DNA of 64,000 nt from the NCBI GenBank assembly GCA_977020255.1, contig CDROCS010005890.1, positions 1 through 64,000 on the forward strand, in the 5' to 3' direction. The notes beneath the pieces are model-generated. The model did not search any database. It had not been told where the DNA came from and saw only the letters and a list, made by a program, of their open reading frames with translations. Positions 50,681-59,479 of this stretch are shown piece after piece. The DNA comes from Obrimoposthia wandeli (Eukaryota). The translations under genes were made by a program, and so were the position numbers. Position 1 is the first letter of the stretch. The number at the start of each line of letters is the position of its first letter.

Positions 50681-52501
50681 TTACAAGAAAGATAATAACT
50701 CTTCATCTAACTGCATTAACGTTTTAGGATCAGCCATCATAGTTACCGCTAATGATTTAGTACGTGGTAACAATCTTTCAAAATAGAATTCAGCCGTTTT
50801 AATTTTTGCACGGTAGAAATCTCTATTTTCAACATCTGTCGCTAGTTTTTCATAAGCTGCTTGTGCCATTTGTGCCCAGAAGTAAGCCATAACGATATAA
50901 CCTGAGTACATCAAGAAGTCGACTGAAGCTGAACCAACAACATCACGGTCTTTCTTAGCTTTAAGTCCTAAACGAATAGTATATTGCTGCCATTTAGCAA
51001 CAGTAGTACTTAAAGGCCAGATAAATTTGTTCATTTGACGTCGGTGAGGATTGCTCGACAACATACTTTTATCTTTACAGAAAATAAGCACTTCTTTAGC
51101 AAAAGCATTTAGCAATTTACCACGTGACATTAGAACTTTACGTCCTAATAAATCAAGTGCTTGAATGCCTGTAGTACCTTCATAAAGTGTTGAAATACGA
51201 GTATCACGAACAATTTGCTCCATACCCCATTCTTTAATAAAGCCATGGCCACCAAAAATTTGTAAACCATGGTTTGCACTTTCAGAGCCTAGCTCAGTTA
51301 AAAATGCTTTAAGAATTGGCGTAATAAAACCTAAACGGTCATCCGCTTTTTTACGCTCTTCTTCACTTTTAGCATTTTCAATTTCATCAACAATTTTTGC
51401 CGTGTAATAAATCATGGCACGGCCGCCTTCACTAATGGCTTTTTGGGTCATCAGCATTTTACGCACATCAGGGTGTACAATAATCGGGTCAGCCACTTTA
51501 TCAGGATGTTTAGTCCCTGATAACGAACGCATCGATAAACGCTCTTTTGCGTATATTAGTGAGTTTTGATAAGCCAATTCAGCAGCACAAACACCTTGTA
51601 GTGCAGTACCTACACGGGCCGTATTCATAAAGGTGAACATACATTCTAGACCTTTATTTTCTGGGCCAATCAATACACCTTTAGCATTATCAAAATTAAG
51701 TACTGCCGTTGAAGAACCTTTAATACCCATTTTATGTTCGATAGAGCCACACGAAACATGATTAAACTCGCCAATAGTACCTTGTTCATCTGTTTGCATT
51801 TTCGGGACGATAAACAGTGAAATACCTTTAGTACCGGCAGGTGCACCCGGTAATCGTGCTAATACAATATGAATTATATTATCAGTTAAGTCATGCTCAC
51901 CGGCTGAGATAAAAATTTTGGTACCGGTTACATTATAAGTACCGTCGCCATTTGGCTCAGCTTTAGTTTTTACTTGACCTAAATCTGTACCACATTGCGG
52001 TTCAGTTAAACACATAGTACCTGTCCATGAACCTTCAATAAGACGCGTTAAATACAGTTCTTTTTGCGCGTCAGTACCGTGAGTATGAATAGTGTTCATG
52101 GCGCCATGGCTTAGTCCAGGGTACATCGCCCAAGACCAGTTAGCCGTACCCATCATTTCAGACATTACCATGCCCAATGATGCAGGAAGACCTTGTCCGC
52201 CATGCGCAACGGCATGTGGTAAACTTGGCCAGCCACCCTCGACAAATTTTTCATAAGCGGCTTTAAAGCCTTTTGGTGTTGTAACCACACCATTGTCAAA
52301 GGTACAGCCTTCTTCATCACCGCTTTGATTAAGTGGCAGTAACTCATTTTCACTAAATTTTGCACACTCTTCCATAATGGCATCAACCAAATCGGGTGTC
52401 GCTTCTTCAAATTCAGGATGCTTTTGGTAATGTCCGTAATAATCAAATACATCTTCGAATAAAAATTTGATGTCTGCTATCGGCGCTTTATAACTTAGCA
52501 T
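50681..52501 (-). CDS. Acyl-CoA dehydrogenase (about 600-aa soluble type)
   Basis: GGQGLP, WTGTMCLTEPQCGTDLG, GTKIFISAGEHD, IEHKMGI, QIFGGHGFIKEWGMEQ and LYEGTTGIQALDL. Confidence 0.95.
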   Translation of the reverse strand: MLSYKAPIADIKFLFEDVFDYYGHYQKHPEFEEATPDLVDAIMEECAKFSENELLPLNQSGDEEGCTFDNGVVTTPKGFKAAYEKFVEGGWPSLPHAVAHGGQGLPASLGMVMSEMMGTANWSWAMYPGLSHGAMNTIHTHGTDAQKELYLTRLIEGSWTGTMCLTEPQCGTDLGQVKTKAEPNGDGTYNVTGTKIFISAGEHDLTDNIIHIVLARLPGAPAGTKGISLFIVPKMQTDEQGTIGEFNHVSCGSIEHKMGIKGSSTAVLNFDNAKGVLIGPENKGLECMFTFMNTARVGTALQGVCAAELAYQNSLIYAKERLSMRSLSGTKHPDKVADPIIVHPDVRKMLMTQKAISEGGRAMIYYTAKIVDEIENAKSEEERKKADDRLGFITPILKAFLTELGSESANHGLQIFGGHGFIKEWGMEQIVRDTRISTLYEGTTGIQALDLLGRKVLMSRGKLLNAFAKEVLIFCKDKSMLSSNPHRRQMNKFIWPLSTTVAKWQQYTIRLGLKAKKDRDVVGSASVDFLMYSGYIVMAYFWAQMAQAAYEKLATDVENRDFYRAKIKTAEFYFERLLPRTKSLAVTMMADPKTLMQLDEELLSFL

Positions 52502-52581
52502 GGCTAACTCCTAACACTTTTAATAATAATTTAATTTTTTGCATTTCTGCATAAGTATCATCGAGTATACACAGATCTAAA

Positions 52582-52598
52582 CACTGGTCCAACCACTA
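52582..52598. promoter_or_regulatory. FadR-like operator upstream of the second acyl-CoA dehydrogenase
   Basis: CACTGGTCCAACCACTA (minus strand TAGTGGTTGGACCAGTG), about 80 bp upstream of the ATG at 52501. Confidence 0.65.
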
Positions 52599-52782
52599 TT
52601 TGAAATATCGATATAATTTAGTTTAAAACAATAAATAATCACATTAAAAACAGAGTTTTAGAATGAGAGGATGAAATAGAAAACAAATAGACTGGTTAGC
52701 TTAATAATAAAAAAACGTTAATAATAAACCTTAAAGCAAAAAAAATATCATTAACAATCAAACGGATAGAGGTATACGGGCA

Positions 52783-53202
52783 TTATAACAATGTCCATAC
52801 CTGCTTTAAGCCAATTATATGTACCAACGCCACAATTAAACAAATGCTTGAGCTCCAAAGCCAAAACTCTGCCGTTCTGCCAAGAGGGTGGCTCACCAAG
52901 AAAAAGCCCGCGATACCTCTGAGTAAATAAATAGCACTAATGATAACTAATATAATACGTGCAAATGGTAACTGACTTATCGCACCTGCCGCTGAAAAAG
53001 CATAAAGCGCCCAAACAGCCAACACAAAAGTAATGCTCAAGGTTATAACGGTTGCTTGTATACGTCCTTGCTCCGCCATTATTGCCATTTGCTCACCTGC
53101 GCCTAAAAATCGATACCAAGACGCACCAAAGTAAATACAGCCTAGGTGTAAAATAGCAGCTGTAGTACTCAATAAACCTGCGATAATTAACATTGTATTC
53201 AT
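52783..53202 (-). CDS. Small 4-TM membrane protein
   Basis: MNTMLIIAGLLS...LHLGCIYFGASWYRFLGAGE. AAGGAG RBS before the ATG at 53202; the ORF track starts at 53241. Confidence 0.8.
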   Translation of the reverse strand: MNTMLIIAGLLSTTAAILHLGCIYFGASWYRFLGAGEQMAIMAEQGRIQATVITLSITFVLAVWALYAFSAAGAISQLPFARIILVIISAIYLLRGIAGFFLVSHPLGRTAEFWLWSSSICLIVALVHIIGLKQVWTLL

Positions 53203-53451
53203 GGTTGCTCCTTTACTTTTACTATATATATAATCTAACAAACACTATTTTTACAAGATCGTTATTCAGCAAAAAATCACAAGCAGCCAATTGGCTAACT
53301 ATACAGAGATTATCAGGCTGCTGAATCAACTATTAGCCCTGCGGCCAATTAGTATTGGCCTCTATCAAAGTTGTTGATGGCCAAGTCCGTTACGATTAAA
53401 CAGCAGCCTTTGCTAAATTAGTTATGATAAGGATTAAGAAAATAAAAGGCA

Positions 53452-53466
53452 TATACCCAAGCCACT
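53452..53466. repeat. Isolated terminus of the ERIC-like family
   Basis: TATACCCAAGCCACT, an exact 15-bp match to the family end consensus. Confidence 0.6.
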
Positions 53467-53499
53467 GTTTACAATCGAAATGGTGATTGACCAACCCGC

Positions 53500-54022
53500 T
53501 TAGTCTTCTACTAGCCAGTCAAGGTAACAACCCATAAACATCTGCCAAAAATGCTGACAAGCAGAAGCTTCGATTAATTGCTCTTGTAACCGTGCTAAGG
53601 CCTCTTCATTTGTAAATCGTAGCCATCGGGGAAAAATTGCGCTTATTTCTGCTGACCGTGGTTATCAACGTCAACCAACATAAGCGGTTAAAAGTAATTT
53701 TTGTCACTTGCTCTATTTCCCAACCATTATCACCTAAAAAACCGGTATAGACAGGTAGTTCTGGTTGGCTATTATCAACAAAATATGGATCACCTAATTC
53801 GGTATCACGCGCAAATACTTGCCATGATGGCTGCCACTGTCCTGGTTCTGTACTCGCGGTATCAGTGTTAGCTGCAATTTTCTCTTTGTCACTCACGCCA
53901 AAACCAAGTTGTGCCGCCGTTAACTCACTTTCTGAAGCCACACTTTTAAAGCCTTGAGGGCCAAAATAAACTTCATGATTATTTAAAGCACTCAATGTAC
54001 TTATTATTTTGCTTGCTGTCAT
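53500..54022 (-). pseudogene. Frameshifted hypothetical gene (possible SMI1/KNR4-like immunity-type motif)
   Basis: The ORF 53606..54022 has WQPSWQVFARDTELGDPYFVD. Protein-like text continues in other frames (DNHGQQ, AQFFPD, NEEALARLQEQLIEASACQHFWQMFMGCYLDWLVED*, stop at 53500). Confidence 0.6.
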
Positions 54023-54304
54023 ATCTACCTGATGAATATATAAGATGATAAAAAAACAGGACTTATCACAATATAAGTATAAGTCTCTATTTTAGTGTTA
54101 AATGATTAACTAATATTATGACACAGCAGCTACGATTTTAAGAAATATCCGCTCATACTATCGATAAAAATACGGTAACAATACAGTAACCGTACAATAA
54201 AAATAACGAATACTAGTCATAGATACTGGCTATCAGAGTAAAAGTAGTCGATATAGAAATATATTTCACTTTGGTCCTAGTTATATGGCATATATTCAAT
54301 TATA

Positions 54305-54320
54305 TGGCATAAGTTTTGCT
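54305..54320 (+). promoter_or_regulatory. Sigma-54 (-24/-12) promoter
   Basis: TGGCAT-AAGTT-TTGCT matches TGGCAC-N5-TTGC(A/T), 37 bp upstream of the ATG at 54358. Confidence 0.65.
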
Positions 54321-54357
54321 TTTCATTTCACATGTCAATTTTTTGAAAAAACATAAG

Positions 54358-55101
54358 ATGATTAGCAACTTAAATACCTATAGCTCACTGGCTAACTTAA
54401 CTTCGACCTCACCTTCATCATCTGGTGTAACAGGCACATCGGATGTTGACAACATCATAGCTAAATATAAAGAAAGCACTGAAAAAGCGGTAGCCGTTGA
54501 TAATAATCAAAATAGTTTATATTTATCGAGCAAAGCACAAAAAATAAATGCGATTAGTAAAGAGTTCTTTAGTGGTGGCAGTTTAAATTTTAGTAATATT
54601 GAATCATTAAAAGAACGCGTCTATCAACTTGGCCTAATTTCGAAAGATGAATACGCTAGACTCACAAAAGACTCATCAACTGCCGATGTATCCCCAGCAG
54701 GCAATGAAAATTCGATCGTCGGCTTAACTGACTTTATGGGTGATTTAATCACTCGTTTGCAAACTGATGACAATGAGGGTAGTGCAGAAGAGCCAACTGA
54801 ATCAAAAAAAGAAGCAATAAGCGAAAGCTTAGCAACCTTTATAGCCGCTTTAAAGTCCGCAAAAAGCATGATTAGTAATGTAGAAGATGCAAAGCGTAAA
54901 ACTGACTTTAAGACTACGCTACAAACAACCATAGCAACACTCAAAGCTACGATAGAAGATCCTTCGTTTGATAAAATACCTCTGGACGATAAAGTCGGCC
55001 TGAGTAAAGTATATCAAACCTTAGAGATTGTTGACCAATTATCTCCTCAACGCCTTAATAACGAAAAAATTAATAAGTACATCGACTTATCATTTAGATA
55101 G
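54358..55101 (+). CDS. Hypothetical protein (Ser/Thr-rich N-terminus, helical C-terminus)
   Basis: Long ORF. ATG 54358 is preferred because the TTG at 54316 falls inside the sigma-54 motif. Confidence 0.75.
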   Translation: MISNLNTYSSLANLTSTSPSSSGVTGTSDVDNIIAKYKESTEKAVAVDNNQNSLYLSSKAQKINAISKEFFSGGSLNFSNIESLKERVYQLGLISKDEYARLTKDSSTADVSPAGNENSIVGLTDFMGDLITRLQTDDNEGSAEEPTESKKEAISESLATFIAALKSAKSMISNVEDAKRKTDFKTTLQTTIATLKATIEDPSFDKIPLDDKVGLSKVYQTLEIVDQLSPQRLNNEKINKYIDLSFR

Positions 55102-55278
55102 CCGCACATTAACTTCGACCAAATATATTCGTTTTGTTCTTTTAGACCTGCTCTATTTAAGACGTATTTTGAATCTAGTACCTGCAATAAAACAATCACC
55201 TGATATTGATAGGTAAAAAAAGCACCAATAAAGTAGGTATCTATACGATGAGAGACTACTCGACATAGACAGCATAAA

Positions 55279-55716
55279 TTAATCAATAGCATTTTTAAGT
55301 GGTAAGGTCTGAAAAGCTTTAACTTTTTTCTGTTCCTCGATTAATAAAGGTCCATAAAACCGAGGATAAGGCCAACCGTAACCCCAACGAAACCTTGTTG
55401 GTAAATACGCGCTCCCTCCAACACTAACACCTGTCATCATCAACGCCGCAATTTCAGGCTGACCAACATTAGCGACACATATCTCTAACGCCAGATCTGA
55501 GGCTAATTTTTGCTGATACGTGCCTCCCTGCCAGTATTCATAATCATGCTGAATACAACAATTTAGCCAGAGTTCCTTTTGCTTAATTGTACCATCAGGA
55601 AACATGCTACAACCATCACTAGTAAAAGGTTTTAGTGTATTTCCACCAGGTAAATTTAAGTTAAAAAACCAGATCGTAATGCAGACAACTAAAATTAAAG
55701 TCAGCAGTTTTTTCAT
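55279..55716 (-). CDS. Exported/membrane-anchored protein with a phospholipase A2-like CCxxHDxxY motif
   Basis: N-terminal hydrophobic anchor; FTSDGCS...WLNCCIQHDYEYW...SDLALEICV...RWGYGW. Confidence 0.7.
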   Translation of the reverse strand: MKKLLTLILVVCITIWFFNLNLPGGNTLKPFTSDGCSMFPDGTIKQKELWLNCCIQHDYEYWQGGTYQQKLASDLALEICVANVGQPEIAALMMTGVSVGGSAYLPTRFRWGYGWPYPRFYGPLLIEEQKKVKAFQTLPLKNAID

Positions 55717-55908
55717 GGGAATATCGCTTATATTCTGCCTTACGATACCAATATATTGATAAAGCTAGCACTTGTCGTTCTTTTCTCACAGAGAATTAAG
55801 GCTCATTTCAATTGAAATATACAACACAAATTCATCATAACAAATGATTCATCAGTGAGTAATATTAAGCAAGCACACTTACTCATTAATATTCGAAATA
55901 AGTAAATC

Positions 55909-56136
55909 CTATACCGACCTAGATTGAAGATGCTCGAGCAGTGTTGGTGTTAAGGCTTCAAGTAAACTGATAACCTCATCAGCTAAGTGATTTAATAATA
56001 GCCAACCATCAGTGCCCATCACTTCAATTAACGTGATATCTAGCGATAAAGGTGCTAGATTTTTTTTGCACCACAAGCCTGAAATTCGAAAAACCCCTAA
56101 ATCGGTATCAATACGACTGATAGTAAAATTTTTCAC
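55909..56136 (-). CDS. Small hypothetical protein
   Basis: 75 aa, GTG start after an AGAGG RBS, protein-like composition (DTDLGVFRISG, IEVMGTDGW). Confidence 0.55.
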   Translation of the reverse strand: MKNFTISRIDTDLGVFRISGLWCKKNLAPLSLDITLIEVMGTDGWLLLNHLADEVISLLEALTPTLLEHLQSRSV

Positions 56137-56294
56137 CTATAACCTCTTATTAACAACAATTAACAAAACATAACGGTCAATACGGTTCAGTAATGAACAA
56201 ATGCTTTACATAGAGTAAACCTATCATCCCCTTGGGACAAAACCAAGTCTACTCATTAAGGCCACACAAAGCGCTTATGGTTAGTTTTGTTGTT

Positions 56295-56741
56295 TTAAAG
56301 GGCTGAAAATTTAATTCGAAGCAGCTCAACACGCTCTCTATTAACATTAAGATCAGAATAGCCAACCCTAGAGCCTGAGCGGACATGTATGATTGTCTCC
56401 TTAGTTACTGTATCTGGAATATAAAACTCTACATCATCAACAAAACCAAATATTTTAGAGGTAAATTCAGCTCTAACATAGTTAGGCTCTGTCACCGTAA
56501 TCTTTGTGTTTTCTAATTCAGTAACAATTTTGACAATATCTTTTTCTATTTCGTTACGCTTACCTGTGATGACAATAGGCTCGATAAACTTTTCACTACC
56601 TGTTGCGAAACTATTAACACAGTTCGGCTTATCTGGACATTGCGTTAATTGACCATGACTAATGCCTAAGATAGGAGCCTTTACTGAACACCCCGTTAAT
56701 AATACCAAACTAGTGAAAGCAACTTGAGTAAATTTATTCAT
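56295..56741 (-). CDS. DUF1499-family lipoprotein
   Basis: LTGC lipobox; CPDKPNCVNS, FTSKIFGFVDDVEF and HVRSGSRVGYSDLNVNRERVE. Confidence 0.92.
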   Translation of the reverse strand: MNKFTQVAFTSLVLLTGCSVKAPILGISHGQLTQCPDKPNCVNSFATGSEKFIEPIVITGKRNEIEKDIVKIVTELENTKITVTEPNYVRAEFTSKIFGFVDDVEFYIPDTVTKETIIHVRSGSRVGYSDLNVNRERVELLRIKFSAL

Positions 56742-56819
56742 CGTACATTTTCCTTAAATTAAGAGTTCTATCGAAGATTGGTAATCGTGTTAAGAATCCA
56801 ACGCTAATAGGGGTTGTGC

Positions 56820-57122
56820 CTTATCCAAACCACTTGAATATGCTTTCAAGGCTAAACTGGGAAATCAGTCAAGGCGCAGTACGAAGACAATACTTATGCT
56901 GCACAGCTTTTGCTCAGGCAAAGCTAAGTACATTCCGTGTAATGCAACGCGGAGCTGGTTTTCTAGCAGCTCCCTTCGGGCAAGGCGAAAAGGGCCATCT
57001 CCGGCGTTATGATTTTTTTGACAATATATACGGAACAACCATTTTCTTCAATCAATGCCTTGGTGCTAGCCAGCGCTTTTCTAGACTTGCACAATCCTGC
57101 ACCTTCAAGGTGGCTTGGGTAC
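56820..57122 (-). mobile_element. ERIC-like element, copy D (about 303 bp, inverted relative to B)
   Basis: Reverse complement of B with both ends, only one internal GGA-hairpin unit instead of five, and loss of the CCATGGATGG/GCAGGATGC module. Confidence 0.85.
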
Positions 57123-57146
57123 TCTAACTGTTTTTTTTTGACAATA

Positions 57147-57278
57147 TATACGCGTTACATTTCAAGGTACAGTTTCAAGGTACAGTTTCAAGGTACAGTT
57201 TCCAAGGTACATTTCCAGGTAAGTTTCAAGGTACAGTTTCAGGTACAGTTTCAAGAAGTTTCAAGTGGTTTGGGTATA
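57147..57278 (+). repeat. Mini ERIC-like element, copy E, with a 13-bp unit (TTTCAAGGTACAG) expanded about 8 times
   Basis: TATACGCGTTACA + units at 57160, 57173, 57186, 57199, 57212, 57224, 57237 and 57249 + TTTCAAGTGGTTTGGGTATA. Confidence 0.85.
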
Positions 57279-57444
57279 TGTACAGCCATCATAAAAACAA
57301 ATAAGAAGACTCACTAATAAATGTATATTGAACGAGTTCACACACTCTTTTACTCAATCGTGCTACCACTACTCTATTCTTTGATCTAGGTATTTATAAA
57401 TCACCAAATTTTAAATGTGTTAAGGCCGCCGCTGTTAGGCAAGA

Positions 57445-57828
57445 TTACATTGTGCGAGTTAGGAAATTGACTTGTACACTGTTCAAACACACTTTAGCAT
57501 CCGATACGCCATGTGTTCTTTTTAAACCCACATGTTCGCTAAACTCACACCAATGTTCTGCTGTACCAACTGCTCCAGTAAAAATATCTTCAAAATCAGT
57601 CATGAACTTTAACCAGTTTTTACTACTGATCTGTAGTTTTATGATTATGCTTGTTACTTTAGGATTAATAGCACCACGTTTGTCCTCTCTGAGTATTCAT
57701 CCCATTTCATCAATAAGTGTTAAGTAATCTTGTAAGCTAAAACGAATACCTGTGATTTTATTTTCATGCTCATTACCAATAAAAAAACCGAGTGTTGTGG
57801 GTTGTGTGCATTTTATGGCAGTTTTAAT
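57445..57828 (-). pseudogene. C-terminal fragment of a Y1/HUH (RAYT-like) transposase, with an internal stop
   Basis: Not in the ORF track. It reads IKTAIKCTQPTTLGFFIGNEHENKITGIRFSLQDYLTLIDEMG*ILREDKRGAI...NWLKFMTDFEDIFTGAVGTAEHWCEFSEHVGLKRTHG, resembling the C-terminus of the about 325-aa Alteromonadales tyrosine transposases. TGA at 57697-57699; the HUH/Tyr-bearing N-terminus is absent. Confidence 0.75.
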
Positions 57829-57852
57829 GCATCAAAAATTCAATCTAAGCCG

Positions 57853-58800
57853 TTAAATTTTTTCAAAAACTGTCACTCTCAATTTTCGATCCACATTATC
57901 GTCTGGAAAATCATTTTCACTGGTAAATCGTTCACTTACTTGCAGAGTATTTAATGAGGAGGCAATAATTTCAGCATCTGATTCATCCCACGTTGCATCA
58001 TAAGAATGAAATAAACAAATTAACCATCCCTTAGCGTTTAAAAGCTTCGAGCACATACTAACCAAGCGAGAAAAATCTTGCCCTTTTGGTTGATGATCTG
58101 AATAAGGTGACTTATACACTTTAGGCGGTGGATCTAAAATAATACCGTCGAACATTTGCCCATTTTTTATTGCTTTAGGTAAGTGTTTATAAATATCGCC
58201 TTGTATAAAGCTGCGAGTGCCAATGTCGAGACCATTTTTTTCGTAACTTTTTTGAATACGAGGCAACAAATCTTTTGATTTATCCAAGTGAATAGCAGCT
58301 TTTGCTCCCCCCTTTAAGGCGGCAATACCGAGGCTTCCAGTGAACGAAAATAAATTCAGTACACGTCGTCCTTTACTATTATTAGCTAACCATTTTCGCA
58401 CGGGTCGTGCATCCAAATACAAACCGCAGTTGTGCATTGTATCGGGTAGTAAGCTGTAATATATCCCATATTCCTTAGCAAAACTGGGGGCGTCAGAAAA
58501 GTTGCCATGAAGCGTAAACATTCGATGTTTTAACCTCAATCGACTCGATTGATCACCTTTGGCAACAATTAATGCAAAAGGAAAGCACGTTAAAAGCGCA
58601 TCTTTAATCACCTCAAGGTCGTCACGAATATCATCTTTATATTCAATCAAAGCCATGGAGCCAAACTTTTCAATAACAACACCTTTTGCGCCCTCACTGT
58701 AACCATGAAAAACACGCCAACAGTCAAACTCATCAGACTTATATAAACCGTTTCGATCATGCCATGCTTTTTCGATTAGCTCACGCCATTGTATTATCAA
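57853..58800 (-). CDS. Class I SAM-dependent methyltransferase (RlmI/RlmK-like)
   Basis: WRVFHGYSEG, GLYLDARPVR, RVLNLFSFTGSLG and FDGIILDPP. Confidence 0.88.
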   Translation of the reverse strand: MIIQWRELIEKAWHDRNGLYKSDEFDCWRVFHGYSEGAKGVVIEKFGSMALIEYKDDIRDDLEVIKDALLTCFPFALIVAKGDQSSRLRLKHRMFTLHGNFSDAPSFAKEYGIYYSLLPDTMHNCGLYLDARPVRKWLANNSKGRRVLNLFSFTGSLGIAALKGGAKAAIHLDKSKDLLPRIQKSYEKNGLDIGTRSFIQGDIYKHLPKAIKNGQMFDGIILDPPPKVYKSPYSDHQPKGQDFSRLVSMCSKLLNAKGWLICLFHSYDATWDESDAEIIASSLNTLQVSERFTSENDFPDDNVDRKLRVTVFEKI

Positions 58801-58884
58801 CTTTATATCCTACCTATCAATGTGTTATGCGAATGTATTTATGATTAATTATCTGTATTCAATTTTTACTATCCGTATCTTACT

Positions 58885-58930
58885 TATACCCATTACACTT
58901 CAAGATACAGTTTCAAGTGGTTTGGGTATA
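58885..58930. repeat. Minimal ERIC-like element, copy F (46 bp, two fused ends)
   Basis: TATACCCATTACACTTCAAGATACAG-TTTCAAGTGGTTTGGGTATA; the single-unit version of copy E. Confidence 0.85.
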
Positions 58931-59479
58931 CATAAAATACATATACGTACAGTAGTGGGAAATGGTTCTTCTTGAGAGAGCTATTATATTCTCAAGTTAT
59001 CATCGCTGGCCTGAGAAATAACCATAAATAAAAGCTCTAAAGCCAGTTTTAACTTTTATTATATTTTTCGCGAATATAAGGCATTCTCATAAATTTTCAA
59101 TGCCATTTATTTATCTAGATATTGCAACTTTTAATCTCCATCTTCAATTACCGCCCTCTTTGCTGATAGGCTTTGGCGCTAAAACAGTAGCCTAAAGTCA
59201 ATTATCCAGAATTTCCTTTCTGGCAGAACAATCCTTACGAATAAAATGTCGCGACGAAAAAAAATAACCAAACACAGTGGTAGTACCAGTAGTATGGTTA
59301 GATAATTGTTTTATATATCAAATTATAGCGACAAACACTCTTGTTTTTACCGATTTTAGCCGCAAAACAACGACATTTAGTAAAATGAAATATATTACCT
59401 TGTTTACAAATCGATCAACTTGTGGTGTTATGCATCAGCAAGTAAAATTTGAATAAATACTCTAAAAGGATAACCTCTG

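Noticed and set aside
57160-57258. CRISPR-like or iteron array
   Set aside because: 13-bp head-to-tail units without spacers, bounded by element ends; no rep or cas gene nearby.
57452-57954. + strand ORFs 57452..57727 and 57766..57954
   Set aside because: Antisense shadows of the transposase relic and the methyltransferase.
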